IMG/VR virus record: IMGVR_UViG_3300044714_000251
Location: 1-55,154 of that record
Origin: a virus
Taxonomy: Duplodnaviria > Caudoviricetes
DNA: 55,154 nucleotides
Strand: one strand, 5' to 3'
In this document: positions 53,392-55,154 of the stretch, piece by piece
Layout: every line of letters starts with the position of its first letter
Position numbering within the stretch: the first letter of the stretch is position 1
The notes under the pieces: generated by a model
Databases searched by the model: none
The model's input: only the letters and a program-made list of their open reading frames with translations
What the model was told of the DNA's origin: nothing
Made by a program: the position numbers and the translations under genes

Positions 53392-53422
53392 CCGTGCGCG
53401 CGAGCGGAGAGACCAAGGAGAG

Positions 53423-53623
53423 GTGATCGGCATGAGGCCTGACTGGATTTTTGATCCCCATCTGGTTGCTCCACCAAAGTCGAAGCTCCCCACCAAGCTG
53501 CTTAGTGAGCTCGCTCACCTCTTCGGCGTGGAGTCGGCGCATGCCAAAACTCTGCCAGAGGCCGATCGGCTGGCGACCATCTCCGAAGAGCTTTACCGTT
53601 CGGCTTCACGTCACCGAAGATGA
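53423..53623 (+). CDS. Small hypothetical protein
   Basis: AAGGAG RBS. Confidence 0.45.
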   Translation: MIGMRPDWIFDPHLVAPPKSKLPTKLLSELAHLFGVESAHAKTLPEADRLATISEELYRSASRHRR

Positions 53624-53679
53624 GAACCTCCGTCTATACCGTCCTCCTGCGACCCTACCAAACCTCGAAAGGAATTCTC

Positions 53680-53961
53680 ATGGCTGCGATCACCGAATCC
53701 GAAGAGCCGGAAAACGACAACGACGAGGAATCCGAGGACACGCTCATCGAAGAGTGGGAGTCCGAGAGCGAAGAAGTGCTCTACGAGCTCCACGAATTCG
53801 AGGGACAGGACCAGGTTCTCGTTATCGGAGGCCCCGAGGAGGGAGACGACGAAGACGAAGTCCAAACCGTGTGTATCGCGAGCGGACTCAAAGAGCTCGA
53901 CGAGGCTATCGAAATTCTGACCGTCATCCGGGAGAAGATCGCGGAGAAGAAGAAGAGATGA
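53680..53961 (+). CDS. Highly acidic small protein
   Basis: D/E-dominated 93 aa; AAAGGA RBS. Confidence 0.6.
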   Translation: MAAITESEEPENDNDEESEDTLIEEWESESEEVLYELHEFEGQDQVLVIGGPEEGDDEDEVQTVCIASGLKELDEAIEILTVIREKIAEKKKR

Positions 53962-54007
53962 GCAAGAGCTTGCAAACGGTCAAGACCTGTATTACAAGTG
54001 AGACCTT

Positions 54008-54700
54008 ATGAACGACGTTCGCGACGCGATCGATTCGAAAGCTCGAGAGCTGCGGGAGGCGAAGGGTCCAGTCCCCCGCCGCGAGTTTCCAGACCTCGTG
54101 GCTCCAGAGTCTCCCGACAACCCGTACTTCTCTCATAGGGGGGATGAGACTCCCTTCCGAGTCCCCGCCGAGCTCTTCCCGGAGGACAAGGTCGATCCGA
54201 CCGTGACCCCCGGAAAGGGGTATCCGGTCGAGAACACCCTTGCGGTCATGAGCCACGTTCGCTCGGTAACGAAAAAACGGAAGTGGCTGTATCTGATGGG
54301 AGCCGACCTCGACCCCAAGAAGATCCGAGACTTCTACAAACTCACCGAGACTGCTTGGGTCGACCAGCAAGGAGACACATGGGCGGTGTGGTCCGGCGGG
54401 GGGGACCCTGAATTTCCAGCGTTTGAGGATCCTGGCGGGCCAACCGCGCCTCCGGATGAGCGGGACCTTGAAAAGGTGGCCGTGCCTCCGACCGCCCTAT
54501 CCGCCGCCGTCGAGCTCGACTCGCACGGCATGGCGATTTATCGAATGGCCAGGGATTTGGAACAGATGGGGCTTTCCTACTACCAGAAGCGGGCGGCTTT
54601 CGAACACCTCATGGCGCTATCCGACGAGCTCCACGCCGAAGCCTCACGCCTCGAGCTCGCCTCTCTTCGTTCACGACTCGACGAGGCTCGGAAAAAGTGA
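54008..54700 (+). CDS. Hypothetical protein
   Basis: 230-aa ORF preceded by TTGCAA-17-TACAAG and an operator site. Confidence 0.65.
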   Translation: MNDVRDAIDSKARELREAKGPVPRREFPDLVAPESPDNPYFSHRGDETPFRVPAELFPEDKVDPTVTPGKGYPVENTLAVMSHVRSVTKKRKWLYLMGADLDPKKIRDFYKLTETAWVDQQGDTWAVWSGGGDPEFPAFEDPGGPTAPPDERDLEKVAVPPTALSAAVELDSHGMAIYRMARDLEQMGLSYYQKRAAFEHLMALSDELHAEASRLELASLRSRLDEARKK

Positions 54701-55154
54701 GCATCGTAGAGATACGAAGTCGATTCGATAGCAGCAAGATTCTCTGGTCCGGAGAGGCGGCGTCGGTAAAGGACGGCTTGCTAAAGGCCGTGGCCGCGCG
54801 CGCCAACCTCGCGGACGCCAACCTCGCGGGTGCCGACCTCGCGGGTGCCGACCTCGCGGACGCCAACCTCGCGGACGCCAACCTCGCGGGTGCCAGCCTC
54901 GCGGGTGCCTACCTCGCGGACGCCAACCTCGCGGGTGCCGACCTCGCGGGTGCCAGCCTCGCGGACGCCAACCTCGCGGGTGCCAGCCTCGCGGGTGCCG
55001 ACCTCGCGGGCGCCGACCTCGCGGGCGCCGACCTCGCGGGTGCCGACCTCGCGGGTGCCAGCCTCGCGGACGCCAACCTCGCGGGTGCCAGCCTCGCGGG
55101 TGCCTACCTCGCGGGCGCCGACCTCGCGGGTGCCTACCTCGCGCGCGCCTACCT
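54697..55154 (+). CDS. Pentapeptide-repeat protein, 5' part (open at the window end; joins 1..750)
   Basis: GTG 54697 SIVEIRSRFDSSKILWSGEAASVKDGLLKAVAARANL..., GTGA-coupled. Confidence 0.8.
   Translation, partial: MSIVEIRSRFDSSKILWSGEAASVKDGLLKAVAARANLADANLAGADLAGADLADANLADANLAGASLAGAYLADANLAGADLAGASLADANLAGASLAGADLAGADLAGADLAGADLAGASLADANLAGASLAGAYLAGADLAGAYLARAY
54802..55154 (+). repeat. 15-bp coding tandem repeat, at least 23 units
   Basis: Same unit family as 31-300 but in a different order. Confidence 0.95.

Larger units (their letters stand above)
1..55154. mobile_element. Probably complete circular (or terminally redundant) temperate virus genome, unit length about 54,771 bp
   Basis: nt 1-58 identical to 54772-54829; the gene starting at 54697 continues in frame into 1-750; phage-type replication, lysis, recombinase and dense small-ORF organisation; no host housekeeping genes. 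Confidence 0.85.

Noticed and set aside
1-55154. tRNA or rRNA genes
   Set aside because: No cloverleaf or rRNA-like segment recognised by eye; tRNAscan-SE and Infernal would be needed to exclude them

Overview
This GC-rich window looks like an essentially complete, circularly closing (~54.8 kb) temperate dsDNA virus genome. Positions 1-58 recur at 54772-54829, inside a pentapeptide-repeat gene that spans the junction. Recognisable modules: (i) cell-wall and envelope genes at 1.2-6.3 kb (two lysozyme/SLT-like enzymes, a DUF1906-like hydrolase, a papain-like C1 peptidase, several lipoproteins); (ii) replication/recombination genes at 10.3-18 kb (prim-pol + VapE-type helicase next to an iteron/AT-rich origin candidate, PD-(D/E)XK nuclease, AAA ATPase, SSB-like protein, SF2 helicase); (iii) a large putative virion module at 21.9-44.7 kb plus 6.3-8.3 kb; (iv) an intact solo-TnpB IS200/IS605 element; (v) a tyrosine recombinase followed by small accessory genes at 45.8-54.7 kb. 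I could not recognise a terminase, portal, HK97 capsid, tail, tape measure or FtsK/A32 packaging ATPase. Instead there are about 25 small membrane proteins, a protamine-like membrane-linked core protein, a candidate beta-rich capsid gene trio, fibre/spike genes and a transglutaminase-like cysteine protease. Two short peptide signals recur in these proteins: a basic-stretch-Asn-Pro-TM motif and a G-[LVFM]-G-(Q) motif. The best reading, which is inference, is a tailless membrane-containing virus with its own protein sorting and maturation code. Lipoprotein style suggests a myxobacterial (Polyangiales-like) host. The DNA also shows a recurring operator family, many apparently leaderless sigma70-type promoters and start-associated repeats. 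All annotation is by eye from motifs; no database search was run.
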